Notes under the pieces: generated by a model
What the model was told of the DNA's origin: nothing
The model's database searches: none
Seen by the model: the letters and a program-made list of their open reading frames with translations, nothing else
NCBI GenBank assembly: GCA_041742135.1
Contig: JBGSJG010000008.1
Span: 96,518 to 160,517, forward strand
Reading direction: 5' to 3'
DNA: 64,000 nucleotides
Origin: Patescibacteria group bacterium
GTDB lineage: Bacteria; Patescibacteriota; Microgenomatia; UBA8517
In this document: piece by piece, positions 1-8,968 of the stretch
How positions within the stretch are numbered: position 1 is the stretch's first letter
Layout: every line of letters begins with the position of its first letter
Made by a program: the position numbers and the translations under genes

Positions 1-1146
1 TTAGTCATTTTTCCCAATAAACCTAAAATGCGCGTATCTATTTCACTATTATTTTTTGTTCTTTATTTTATTCCAGAGCTTGTGGCCACCCATGTTACTT
101 TTTCATCGGACTTTTATTCGGTACTGTTCGCTCTTGAAGCCTCGTATGCGTGGATGACCAAGAAAAGTTTTGGCTGGATGACCTTTACAATATTACTTGC
201 CGTTTTCGTCAAACAATCATCCGGACTTTTTCTTCTGCCGATATTTGTCTACTTTGTCATTACGCGGCTAAAAACTATTTCGTTGAGGGATCTACTTGGT
301 GTTTTTCCACTTGTGCTGTCAATCGCTTTTTATCACATAGTCCTTTTTATAAGTACAGGCAACCCGTTGGCGTTTTTGTTAAATGGAATCTTTCATTCAC
401 CCCTGTATCCGATTGATAATTTTCGGGATATGCGCTGGGGCCCCTTTGGTTTCATGCAAATAGTTATCTGGCCAGTTGTTGGAAACTTAACTGATCGCTA
501 CAGCGAATTAACTCAAAAGTTCAAATCTAAATATTTTTTTGCATTACTTTCCGTTTTCTATATAGCTTCAGCTTGGGTTTTTGTAAGGACTAAGAAACTT
601 GTGTTTATGGTTCTTTTTTCAAGTTATGTTTTTTGGGCATGGCAGTCCGGGTATGGGCGCTACCATTTAGCTTTAGTGGCGATTGCTTCTGTTTTACTCC
701 TTAATGATTTTCGCAAAAATATTCCAAAACTTGGCATCAGAGCAATTTTTGTTACGACTGCACTTGTGACTGTTGTCTCGTTGGTCACATTTAGAATTGA
801 TGTCGGCCAGCGCGGATTTGTATTAGAAAAATATTTTCCTCCAAAAGTATCACCTTACTATTTAAGCCAATTTCAAAAAGGGCTCGAGCTTTACGGCCAG
901 GATAAATTCTACGACACGTATTTAGAACTATCAATCGAAACTTATGATACAAGCAGTATTATTGTTTCCCCACGGGGCCACGCGACCTTCGAAGCCTTTT
1001 TGCTAAACCGTTACGAAAACAAACCGGTTTATCTTAAACTTACTCCTGAAGATAGTGTGCGAATTCTTGCGAGCGAGCGTGTTTCGAGCAAAATAAAAGA
1101 AAATTTGAAACCCCTTGAGCCATCACTTTTGATAGACAGCAATTAA
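1..1146 (+). CDS. Polytopic membrane protein, probably the C-terminal two-thirds of a GT-C-type glycosyltransferase; 5' end likely truncated by the window edge
   Basis: Frame 1 is open from nt 1, with no stop before the first ATG at 28. The translation starts in hydrophobic helices with no N-terminal DE/DxD loop, followed by more TM segments and a C-terminal soluble tail, consistent with a GT-C body missing its N-terminus. Confidence 0.4.
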   Translation, partial: LVIFPNKPKMRVSISLLFFVLYFIPELVATHVTFSSDFYSVLFALEASYAWMTKKSFGWMTFTILLAVFVKQSSGLFLLPIFVYFVITRLKTISLRDLLGVFPLVLSIAFYHIVLFISTGNPLAFLLNGIFHSPLYPIDNFRDMRWGPFGFMQIVIWPVVGNLTDRYSELTQKFKSKYFFALLSVFYIASAWVFVRTKKLVFMVLFSSYVFWAWQSGYGRYHLALVAIASVLLLNDFRKNIPKLGIRAIFVTTALVTVVSLVTFRIDVGQRGFVLEKYFPPKVSPYYLSQFQKGLELYGQDKFYDTYLELSIETYDTSSIIVSPRGHATFEAFLLNRYENKPVYLKLTPEDSVRILASERVSSKIKENLKPLEPSLLIDSN

Positions 1147-1722
1147 ATTACTTCCAAGGGAAATAGGAAGAATATTTAATATCAAATACACAAGCCTTGT
1201 ACTAATTTTTAGTCCTAATAAAAATGCTAAAACGTAGTTAACCTCTAGTGTTTTTAGGCCTAAGATTTCTCCAAGAGTTTTAAAACTCTTTGGAGTGAAC
1301 GGCCGAACATGGGTTGGGTCGTCCCAAAAATAGGTACTCGGAGTAGGGGAGGAAATAATCAAGTAGCCACCCTTTTTAATAAATGGAAGAAGTGCGGTAA
1401 GCTCATTAATTGGGTCGTGCATATGTTCCACCACAGACTGAATAAAAATTGCATCAAAAAAATTCTTTTTATATTTTTTTGAAAGTACGTGGTAATCTCC
1501 CAGGTCCACTTCTAGGCCGCGTTTTTTGGCCATAACTACGGATCGTTCAAATAAATCAATTCCGTAGGTTTTTACCCCAAGCTCACGAGCCACGATCATC
1601 ATGTCTCCGGGGCCAGAGCCGTAATCTAAAAGACTTTTGTTGTGAAGTTCGTATTTTTTGATAACTTTTGCAAAATATACTTTTCTAATTTTGTCAAAAG
1701 TTCCTTCGTAAGCCAAGTACAT
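1123..1722 (-). CDS. Class I SAM-dependent methyltransferase
   Basis: 199 aa. Glycine-rich SAM motif LLDYGSGPGDM, an acidic residue after beta2 (GIDLFE), and a Methyltransf_11-like core VVEHMHDP. Paralogous to the methyltransferases at 5771 and 8315. Confidence 0.7.
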   Translation of the reverse strand: MYLAYEGTFDKIRKVYFAKVIKKYELHNKSLLDYGSGPGDMMIVARELGVKTYGIDLFERSVVMAKKRGLEVDLGDYHVLSKKYKKNFFDAIFIQSVVEHMHDPINELTALLPFIKKGGYLIISSPTPSTYFWDDPTHVRPFTPKSFKTLGEILGLKTLEVNYVLAFLLGLKISTRLVYLILNILPISLGSNLIAVYQK

Positions 1723-2940
1723 TTATTTCTTAAGTGTTTTGATTATAGCTGCAATGTCAGAGCGTTGCACGTACGGGTGGCAAGGGAGTGTTAACAGCTC
1801 TTGGCTAATTCTAAAAGCCCCAGGAAAGGCCTTTTGGTCGATCTCCATGCCGTGCTCGGTGTACATTGGGCTTGCTTCAATTCCGGCTTTAGCAAGTTTA
1901 TTGGTCCATTTTTCCCGCGACCTAACAAGAATGGGGTATCTGATGTAGTGGACTTGCGAAAGTCCTGAAAGTTTATTTACTATATTTAAGTTCTGGGATT
2001 TTGCCAAAGCTTCCTCGAGCTTCAAAGCGTTTTTTGATCTAGTGGCTTGGTTTTGCTCCAACCTAGACAGAATAATAAGTCCGAGCGCAGCTTGAAACGA
2101 AGACAAGCTCCCAACGTACTCGTCTTTATCAAATTCAAAATCAAATTCTGATTTGGTTTTTCGTATCGTGTCCTCCATCGAAAGCGACTTTCTGTTTAGT
2201 CGAAGTACACGAAAAAAGTTAATTAAAAGGCCATAAGCCCAAGGCTTGGACAGAATACTAAAAGCAGCCATTCTGATAAAGCTAGTGGCGCTCGTAGATT
2301 TTCTTTTTTTGTCCTCCCACTTTTCCATAATATTGCCGTTTTTTTCCACAATCGCCCCGCCTCCAATAGGCAAAGCCTTGCCTTCTTGGAAGTTTAAAAT
2401 TGTAAAGTCGCCATAGCTCCCCAGTCTCTTTTTTTTGTAGACTGAGCCAATTCCGTAGTCCGCGCCTTCTAGCACAAATATTTTATTAGATTTACATTTT
2501 TTGCAGATTTCATCGATTGGATTCGTAAGCCCGAAGAGGTTACTCACAATTACAGCCAGTACATCGTTACTCAGAGCCTTGTCAAAAGAAGTCATGTTTA
2601 TAGCCAGAGTGTCCGGGTCCATGTCGCAGTAACGGATTGTAAGGCCGCTGGCGAGTACCGCATGGGCAAAACTGGGGCACGAATACCTCGGAAGAACGAC
2701 ATATTTTCGTTTAGGATTAGCTTTTTTAAGACTGACAAGGCATGCATATGTTGCACGCATGAAAGAAGTAAAAGTGTAGGTAGATTGGCCGCCAAAATAG
2801 CTTGAAAGTGCTTGGCCAAACTCGGACAGCTTATCGTCTGATCTTATTGTATCAATCGCTGCTTTGTTAATATCAGAAAGCGAAACGGGGGTTATTGCGG
2901 CAGGAACTAGCCTAACCATATTTAAACAGTACAAAAACAC
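1723..2940 (-). CDS. DegT/DnrJ/EryC1/StrS-family PLP-dependent sugar aminotransferase (ArnB-like)
   Basis: 405 aa. Conserved aminotransferase core (SCPSFAHAVLASG, LEGADYGIGS) and a candidate Schiff-base lysine in ILNFQEGKALPIGGGAIV. Forms a 1-nt junction with the upstream methyltransferase. Confidence 0.8.
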   Translation of the reverse strand: MFLYCLNMVRLVPAAITPVSLSDINKAAIDTIRSDDKLSEFGQALSSYFGGQSTYTFTSFMRATYACLVSLKKANPKRKYVVLPRYSCPSFAHAVLASGLTIRYCDMDPDTLAINMTSFDKALSNDVLAVIVSNLFGLTNPIDEICKKCKSNKIFVLEGADYGIGSVYKKKRLGSYGDFTILNFQEGKALPIGGGAIVEKNGNIMEKWEDKKRKSTSATSFIRMAAFSILSKPWAYGLLINFFRVLRLNRKSLSMEDTIRKTKSEFDFEFDKDEYVGSLSSFQAALGLIILSRLEQNQATRSKNALKLEEALAKSQNLNIVNKLSGLSQVHYIRYPILVRSREKWTNKLAKAGIEASPMYTEHGMEIDQKAFPGAFRISQELLTLPCHPYVQRSDIAAIIKTLKK

Positions 2941-3265
2941 CGACTACAATTAAAGATAAAGCAAAGATTTTCATAGGCGTTATGGCTTCATGGAATACGA
3001 AATACGAGACGATTACTAACGCCACATAGTTAATTGAAAGCGCTGGATATGCTACTGAAATTGGAAGCTTCTTGACCACAAATAGCCACAAAACTGCGCC
3101 TAGAAAATATAATCCAAAGGTAAATAGCAGAGGAACATTGGTGAGAATTTGTTTGATCAAGTCGAGGCTAAAAGTAAGCTCGGTGCGTTGAGAGCTGTAC
3201 TTCATCATTATTTGCCCAACTGTAGCTATTACAACGCTTATGGCAAAAAGAACATATACAGACAT
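2912..3265 (-). CDS. Small 4-TM EamA/SMR-like membrane protein (ArnE/ArnF-like polyprenyl-phosphate-sugar flippase subunit candidate)
   Basis: 117 aa, four predicted hydrophobic helices, the size and topology of the ArnE/ArnF/SMR family. Sits beside the DegT aminotransferase and is divergent from the GT2/GT-C pair. Confidence 0.5.
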   Translation of the reverse strand: MSVYVLFAISVVIATVGQIMMKYSSQRTELTFSLDLIKQILTNVPLLFTFGLYFLGAVLWLFVVKKLPISVAYPALSINYVALVIVSYFVFHEAITPMKIFALSLIVVGVFVLFKYG

Positions 3266-3330
3266 CTTTTTAGTATAGCATTAATATTTACGCCAATTGC
3301 TGTGATATCATACATATTAGTGGATTAGGC

Positions 3331-4080
3331 GTGTTATTTATGGAGAAAAATCAACAGAACTACAAGAACTTGTCTATCGTTATCCCTGTCTATAATGAAG
3401 AAAAATACATTACAGAAATACTTAGCCGTGTAGTGAAGGCTGATTCTCTTAAGCTCACTAAAGAAATAATTATTGTCAACGACGGCTCGACAGACAAAAC
3501 CCGAGCAATCCTCGATAAACTAGAAAAAGAATATAAAAGAAAGAAGATAAACATCTCAATTTTTCATAAAAAAAACGGTGGGAAAGGCACTGCCGTAAAG
3601 TATGGCTTCACGAAAACCCATGGTGACATTGTCATTGTTCAGGATGCCGACTTGGAATATGACCCTAACGACTACACCCTTTTATTATCTCCATTTTTCA
3701 GAAGTAGCGCCGATGTGGTTTTTGGCTCGCGCCTTGTTACAGCTGAGCCTCACCGAGTTCTTTACTACTGGCACTCTGTAATAAATCATTTCTTTACAAC
3801 TCTTTCGAACATTTTTACAAACTTAAATTTAACTGACATGGAAACCGGTTATAAGGCCTTTAGGGGGGAGCTAATACGTGAGATTGCGCCGAAACTGGAA
3901 AGTGCAAAATTTGGATTTGAGCCAGAAATCACAGCACGAATCGCAAAAGTTAAGGGAGTAAAAATTTATGAAGTAGGAATATCCTATTCTGGAAGAACTT
4001 ACGAGGAAGGAAAGAAAATCGGTTGGCAGGATGGTGTTAGAGCAATTTGGGAAATTATTAAATATAACCTTCTTTCATGA
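3331..4080 (+). CDS. GT2 polyprenyl-phosphate glycosyltransferase (ArnC/GtrB/DPM1-like)
   Basis: 249 aa. LSIVIPVYNEE, IIVNDGSTDKT and the DxD motif VQDADLEYDP. Short soluble GT-A with a C-terminal amphipathic region, typical of polyprenol-P-sugar synthases. Confidence 0.8.
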   Translation: MLFMEKNQQNYKNLSIVIPVYNEEKYITEILSRVVKADSLKLTKEIIIVNDGSTDKTRAILDKLEKEYKRKKINISIFHKKNGGKGTAVKYGFTKTHGDIVIVQDADLEYDPNDYTLLLSPFFRSSADVVFGSRLVTAEPHRVLYYWHSVINHFFTTLSNIFTNLNLTDMETGYKAFRGELIREIAPKLESAKFGFEPEITARIAKVKGVKIYEVGISYSGRTYEEGKKIGWQDGVRAIWEIIKYNLLS

Positions 4081-5774
4081 AACGAATCGCGCGACTAATC
4101 CCTTGGCAACTTGTTGCTGTTTTAGTCGTTGCGCTCTTTCCGCTTCTTTTAACTTTTAAAAACATATCAGTCGGGTTGGTAGATTGGCGTGACTATCCAT
4201 TTATTGTTTGGGTGATGGAGCAAAACGTACGAAGTATTGTGAGTCTTGATTTTGCCGGTCTTGCAAACACGAATGGCTACTACCCTTTCGATGGCACAAA
4301 ATACCTATCTGATCTTCTGATTCCCCAGTCGATACTAATGCTCCCGCTAGGGCTTTTGACAAATAATTTGATCTTGAAATTTAACTTGGTATTTGCATTA
4401 ACAATTTTTCTGAATATCATTACGACCTACTATTTTTGGTTTTCGATTTTTAAAGACAGAAAGATTGCAGCAATTGGGAGTTTTTTGACTTCGTTTTCCC
4501 CATTTTTCCACTCAAACATCAACCATTTTCAGATGATTACCTTCTGGCCTTTTTTTGCAGCACTATTTTTCTTGTTTAAAGAACGAGAAAAGGCGAAAAC
4601 CTATGTGTATGTTGGGGTGTTGTTGGCAGTTCAGTTTTTGGCCAGTGCGTATTTGGGGGTGTTTTTAGCCTTTGTTGTTTTGGCCTTTGCCTTGTCTCAA
4701 AGTTTAACTAACAAAAATTTAAGCTTCATTAAATATTTTGGCATAGCGATCCTGATTTTTTTGGCAATCGACGGTGTGTTTATAAAAGGCTACATTGACG
4801 CGAAAAGCCAGTTTGAAATCGTACGAGGCTACACCGAATATATTTTTTACTCCGCACATGCGGCCGATTATCTTTTTCCTAAAGCAATAAACTCTATCGT
4901 TTATCGTTTGCCGCTATTTGGCAATTGGAACGCTTTGAGTGGCCACTTTGGTGAGGCAGCCCAATTCCCTGGATTTTCAGTATTGCTTTTGGCTGTCGTT
5001 GCATTAATAAAAAATCAAAAAGACAAAGGATTTTTTGTAGGTATTAAGTTTGGTAAATCTGAACTATTTTTTGTCACATTGATACTTGCAGGTTTTCTTT
5101 TTTCACTGGGACCTAGGCTTCAGTTTAACGGTAATTATGACCATCTTCCTTTGCCCTATCATTTCGTAGTCAAGTATCTACCCCTTGTTAACTCTGTAAG
5201 GACTCCTGGAAGGTGGAGTTTTATTTTCTATATTGGGCTTATTTATTTTGCCCTTAAAGCAATGAGCAAAATTAAAAGTAAATTTCTGTTTACTGCCATT
5301 GCAGTTTTTATGCTTTTTGAGTATTTGCCGATATCTATTCCAAGTGAAGTGCAGTCATATGTAGACCAAAATGACCATGTATTGGTAAATGAATGTCAGA
5401 AAGACAACTTGGTTGCTCTTCAAATCCCTGTCACGCATTTTGATGTCAAAGGAGGAATTGTTGAAGGCCTAAGCTACATCACGAAAGAAGAGCTGGCTAG
5501 CCTGTATCACGGCTGCAGGTTTGTTAATGGCTACAGTGGGTACGATCTACCGCATATTCAAGGAATTAAAAACGGACTTTACGAGTCGCTTAATGTTTAT
5601 AACCCAGAGCTGTTTTATGAAACAATTGTTAACTCTCAAGCAGAGCTTATCGTGATTAACCGTCAGCACATACTTTTGGAGCTTGAAGAAAACCTTCTGC
5701 CAACACTTAGTTTACTTGTAAACGAGGGCAAGTTAGAACAAATTTCCCAGTGGATATATAAGGTGAATAAATGA
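4077..5774 (+). CDS. GT-C-type integral membrane glycosyltransferase (ArnT/YfhO-like)
   Basis: 565 aa, more than 10 hydrophobic helices. An acidic first-loop motif (VDWRDYPF, VMEQN) and a C-terminal soluble domain. ATGA overlap with the upstream GT2 and the downstream methyltransferase. Confidence 0.5.
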   Translation: MKRIARLIPWQLVAVLVVALFPLLLTFKNISVGLVDWRDYPFIVWVMEQNVRSIVSLDFAGLANTNGYYPFDGTKYLSDLLIPQSILMLPLGLLTNNLILKFNLVFALTIFLNIITTYYFWFSIFKDRKIAAIGSFLTSFSPFFHSNINHFQMITFWPFFAALFFLFKEREKAKTYVYVGVLLAVQFLASAYLGVFLAFVVLAFALSQSLTNKNLSFIKYFGIAILIFLAIDGVFIKGYIDAKSQFEIVRGYTEYIFYSAHAADYLFPKAINSIVYRLPLFGNWNALSGHFGEAAQFPGFSVLLLAVVALIKNQKDKGFFVGIKFGKSELFFVTLILAGFLFSLGPRLQFNGNYDHLPLPYHFVVKYLPLVNSVRTPGRWSFIFYIGLIYFALKAMSKIKSKFLFTAIAVFMLFEYLPISIPSEVQSYVDQNDHVLVNECQKDNLVALQIPVTHFDVKGGIVEGLSYITKEELASLYHGCRFVNGYSGYDLPHIQGIKNGLYESLNVYNPELFYETIVNSQAELIVINRQHILLELEENLLPTLSLLVNEGKLEQISQWIYKVNK

Positions 5775-6835
5775 AAAAGAAATCAGTTGTAAATCTAAAT
5801 AGTAAAATCTACTACCAAGGCAAGTACTGGAATGATATCCCCATGGTGCTTCGGTACATGTCAAAAAATTTTACAGGAGACCCTCACAAATGGTGGACTG
5901 AAGACTTTATGGAAAAGTTTGGCCAAAAGCCATTTAAACACGCTTTGTTTTTAAATTGCGGTGACGGAAGGCATGAGATAGAGTTTTACGACAAAGGAAT
6001 TGCCAAAAAAATTACAGCCTTTGACATATCGCCTGAATTAGTAAAGATAGCTAATTCTCACAAAGGTAGGAGAAGAATTAAATTTATTGTTGCCGATGCT
6101 AACAAAATCAAATTTAAGAAAAATGAATTTGATTTAGTAGTTAACGTTGCAGCGCTTCACCATGTGCAATACATTAATCGTCTGTGCCGTGAAATTGCAA
6201 ATGCTCTTACGCCACAGGGCTTAATAGTTAATTTTGATTATGTTGGCTCTCACAGAAACCAATACTCACTTTTTTCTTGGGTAATTGTTAGGTTAATTAA
6301 TAAATTATTGCCGAAAAATGTCAGAAAAGGTCCGATCGGCTATCCTCATATTCCGACAATGCTGGCAACCGACCCCACCGAAGCGATCCATTCGGAGCTA
6401 ATCGAGCAGATGCTTGGAAGATATTTTAAAATTGTTAAAAATCGCAGGACAGGTGGAGGAGTGGCGTATGATATCTTGACCCACAATAACAACCTTAATA
6501 AGTTGAAAAAAGATGAGCTAAATAAACATGTTTCGAGGATTTTGTTTTTGGACAGGCTGTTTGTCTGGATGGGAATTTCTCCAAATCTTTTTTCCTATAT
6601 CATCGCTATGCCAAATAAAAAAATACTTACTGATAAAATTCAAATTTCTACTTGGCAGAGCCAAGAAAACATGCGTGAGGAAATTGCGTACGCAAATCGG
6701 GGAGTGTATGGCTTTAAAGATTATTGTAGGTTAGTACTTAATAGTCACGGATTTCTTGATCGAGCATATCTTATTTCCAAATATATAAAGAATCTTCCCA
6801 AAGTAGTTAAGTATAATCTTGGAATATATGATTAA
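5771..6835 (+). CDS. Class I SAM-dependent methyltransferase
   Basis: 354 aa. LNCGDGRHE, AFDISPELV, IKFIVADANKIKFKKNEFDLVVNVAALHH. Clear paralog of the 8315 methyltransferase. Translationally coupled to the flanking GT-C genes. Confidence 0.65.
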   Translation: MKKKSVVNLNSKIYYQGKYWNDIPMVLRYMSKNFTGDPHKWWTEDFMEKFGQKPFKHALFLNCGDGRHEIEFYDKGIAKKITAFDISPELVKIANSHKGRRRIKFIVADANKIKFKKNEFDLVVNVAALHHVQYINRLCREIANALTPQGLIVNFDYVGSHRNQYSLFSWVIVRLINKLLPKNVRKGPIGYPHIPTMLATDPTEAIHSELIEQMLGRYFKIVKNRRTGGGVAYDILTHNNNLNKLKKDELNKHVSRILFLDRLFVWMGISPNLFSYIIAMPNKKILTDKIQISTWQSQENMREEIAYANRGVYGFKDYCRLVLNSHGFLDRAYLISKYIKNLPKVVKYNLGIYD

Positions 6836-8318
6836 AGCTGTCCTGAAGCATTGGCCACTTCTGTGGCTTGTCGTAGTTTATGTTCTTTTCTCGCTTCTTA
6901 CCGCTCGAGATTTTGGTGTTGCTTGGGACGAACAAGAGATATACGCCAGATCAGCATTTTTGATAAACTACCTGCTTGGCCGCGTCGACTACAACTTGTA
7001 TCTTAAAGACACATACGGCCTGTTTTACAACCATCTTCACGGTCTTTTTTTGGTCTTATTAAACCCCAAAGGCACTTTTGGAATCTATCATTTTCTAAAT
7101 ATGCTATTTGCGGTTCCAATGTATGTTACTGCTTATCTATTGCTGTATAAAAAATACAAGCAAGTAGTATACGCGATTATCGGCCCTGCCTTTTTGTTGT
7201 TAATACCAAATTTACTTGGCCACATGCCAATCAATCCAAAAGATGGCTCGTTTGCAGTGTATTACTTTATCTCCTTGTGTGCAATTTATCTTCTGAGGAA
7301 TTTTAAAAATCCGAGTGCAAAGATTTTACTACTTGGAGTCATGTTTGGGTTTGCACAAAGCGCAAGAATTATTGGATTTACACTTTTCATAATTTTTCCG
7401 ATCTATGAACTTTTTTTTGGACCCCAGCGGATAAATATTCACAAATTTGTTTTCATTGCTTCGCAAACAGTCGCAATTTTTGTGGTAGCCAATTTTGTTT
7501 TAGTAGTAAGTTGGCCATATCTAGGCGCTAATTACCTAGCGCATATGGTAGAAATCTTTAATTCTGCCAAAAGCTATCCCTGGAATGGTAGTGTGCTATT
7601 TGATGGCATTGCAACTCCAGCAAGTGAACTACCAAATACATATCTGCCAAAATTGTTTTTGATTACCACGCCATTGTTTATACTTACTTTTTTTGGATGG
7701 GTTGCTGTAAAAGCAAAGAAAATTATTAAAGACGACATGCTATTTTTGTTTATGTTTGCTTTTACGCTAAACGTGTTTTTATATTTCTCCCTCAGGCCCG
7801 TCGTCTATGATGGGTTAAGGCACTATCTTTTTTTGCTTCCAATCATAGGGTTAGTCTCTGCAATTGGGTTTATCGATTACTTCAAAAGTTCAAGAAAGAC
7901 AATACTTAAAAAATTAGTGTTGATTTTTGTTGTTGTAAACGTCCTTAAAGTTGTTTTTGAAATGATAGTTTTACATCCTTACGAGTACGTTTATTTTAAC
8001 GAGATCGTAGGCGGGCTTCCTGGGGCATATGAGAAGTACGAGACAGAGTATATGGGAATATCCCACAAAGATGCCATAATGTGGTTAAAAAAGAGTGAAA
8101 TATCTGGCGATCGCGAGTATTTTGTAGTTAATTGTGGCCACCCGTTCTCCGGCATGTACTATCTTCGCGACAATATGCGTTGGACCGAAAAAGTGGAAGA
8201 AGCAGATTATCATGTTTGCTATACACGCTTTAACAACCATTTAGCTGTTTCAAACGACAAAACAATCTATATAATTAAACGGTTCGGAGTTCCAATAAAT
8301 TTTATTAGAAAACTATGA
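6819..8318 (+). CDS. GT-C-type integral membrane glycosyltransferase
   Basis: 499 aa, polytopic. First-loop acidic motif GVAWDEQEIY and a C-terminal globular domain. Possible paralog of 4077..5774. Confidence 0.5.
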   Translation: MEYMIKAVLKHWPLLWLVVVYVLFSLLTARDFGVAWDEQEIYARSAFLINYLLGRVDYNLYLKDTYGLFYNHLHGLFLVLLNPKGTFGIYHFLNMLFAVPMYVTAYLLLYKKYKQVVYAIIGPAFLLLIPNLLGHMPINPKDGSFAVYYFISLCAIYLLRNFKNPSAKILLLGVMFGFAQSARIIGFTLFIIFPIYELFFGPQRINIHKFVFIASQTVAIFVVANFVLVVSWPYLGANYLAHMVEIFNSAKSYPWNGSVLFDGIATPASELPNTYLPKLFLITTPLFILTFFGWVAVKAKKIIKDDMLFLFMFAFTLNVFLYFSLRPVVYDGLRHYLFLLPIIGLVSAIGFIDYFKSSRKTILKKLVLIFVVVNVLKVVFEMIVLHPYEYVYFNEIVGGLPGAYEKYETEYMGISHKDAIMWLKKSEISGDREYFVVNCGHPFSGMYYLRDNMRWTEKVEEADYHVCYTRFNNHLAVSNDKTIYIIKRFGVPINFIRKL

Positions 8319-8968
8319 AAATACAAAATGTCGGTAAATGGAACGACGAAATGTTTTCAAAGCATCCGACTCCATATACGGGGTTTGCAGGCTTAGTGGA
8401 AAAAATTAGGATTAGAACTATCTTGGCGGACGCCAACATCGGCCCTAAAGATAAAGTGTTAGAAATAGGTTGTGAAGCTGGGAATTTAATAACATCGATC
8501 AATACTAGCGATAAGCTTACAGGATTTGACATTTCCAAGGAAGCTCTCGGCAATGCTAAAAAACTAGCACGCAAACTTGGCAAAAAAATCAAATTTGTTC
8601 AAGGTGATGCGACTAAGAAATTGCCATTCAAAAAGGGAGAATTCGACGTAATAATTTGCTCTGAAACGCTTGAGCATGTTTTAGATCCAGCGAAAGCGAT
8701 TGATAGAATTTGGGAAATTGCCGGGAAAAAGTCGCGAGTGATCATAACAGTTCCGAACGAGAAACCAAAGCTGGTCGTTAAAAAATTACTTAAGAAATTT
8801 CGCATTATGGACCTGGTAATGCCAGGGATAGAAGACAAACAGAGTGAATGGCACATTCATGCTTTTTCAAAACCTATGATTCTTAAGCTTCTTAAAAAGA
8901 ACTTTAAGATTGAGCGCGTGGGCTCGATCTTGGGGCTTCATGTTATTGTCAGCGCTCGTCCAAAGTAA
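8315..8968 (+). CDS. Class I SAM-dependent methyltransferase
   Basis: 217 aa. LEIGCEAGNL, GFDISKEAL, IKFVQGDATKKLPFKKGEFDVIICSETLEHVLDP. ATGA overlap with the upstream GT-C. Confidence 0.7.
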   Translation: MKIQNVGKWNDEMFSKHPTPYTGFAGLVEKIRIRTILADANIGPKDKVLEIGCEAGNLITSINTSDKLTGFDISKEALGNAKKLARKLGKKIKFVQGDATKKLPFKKGEFDVIICSETLEHVLDPAKAIDRIWEIAGKKSRVIITVPNEKPKLVVKKLLKKFRIMDLVMPGIEDKQSEWHIHAFSKPMILKLLKKNFKIERVGSILGLHVIVSARPK

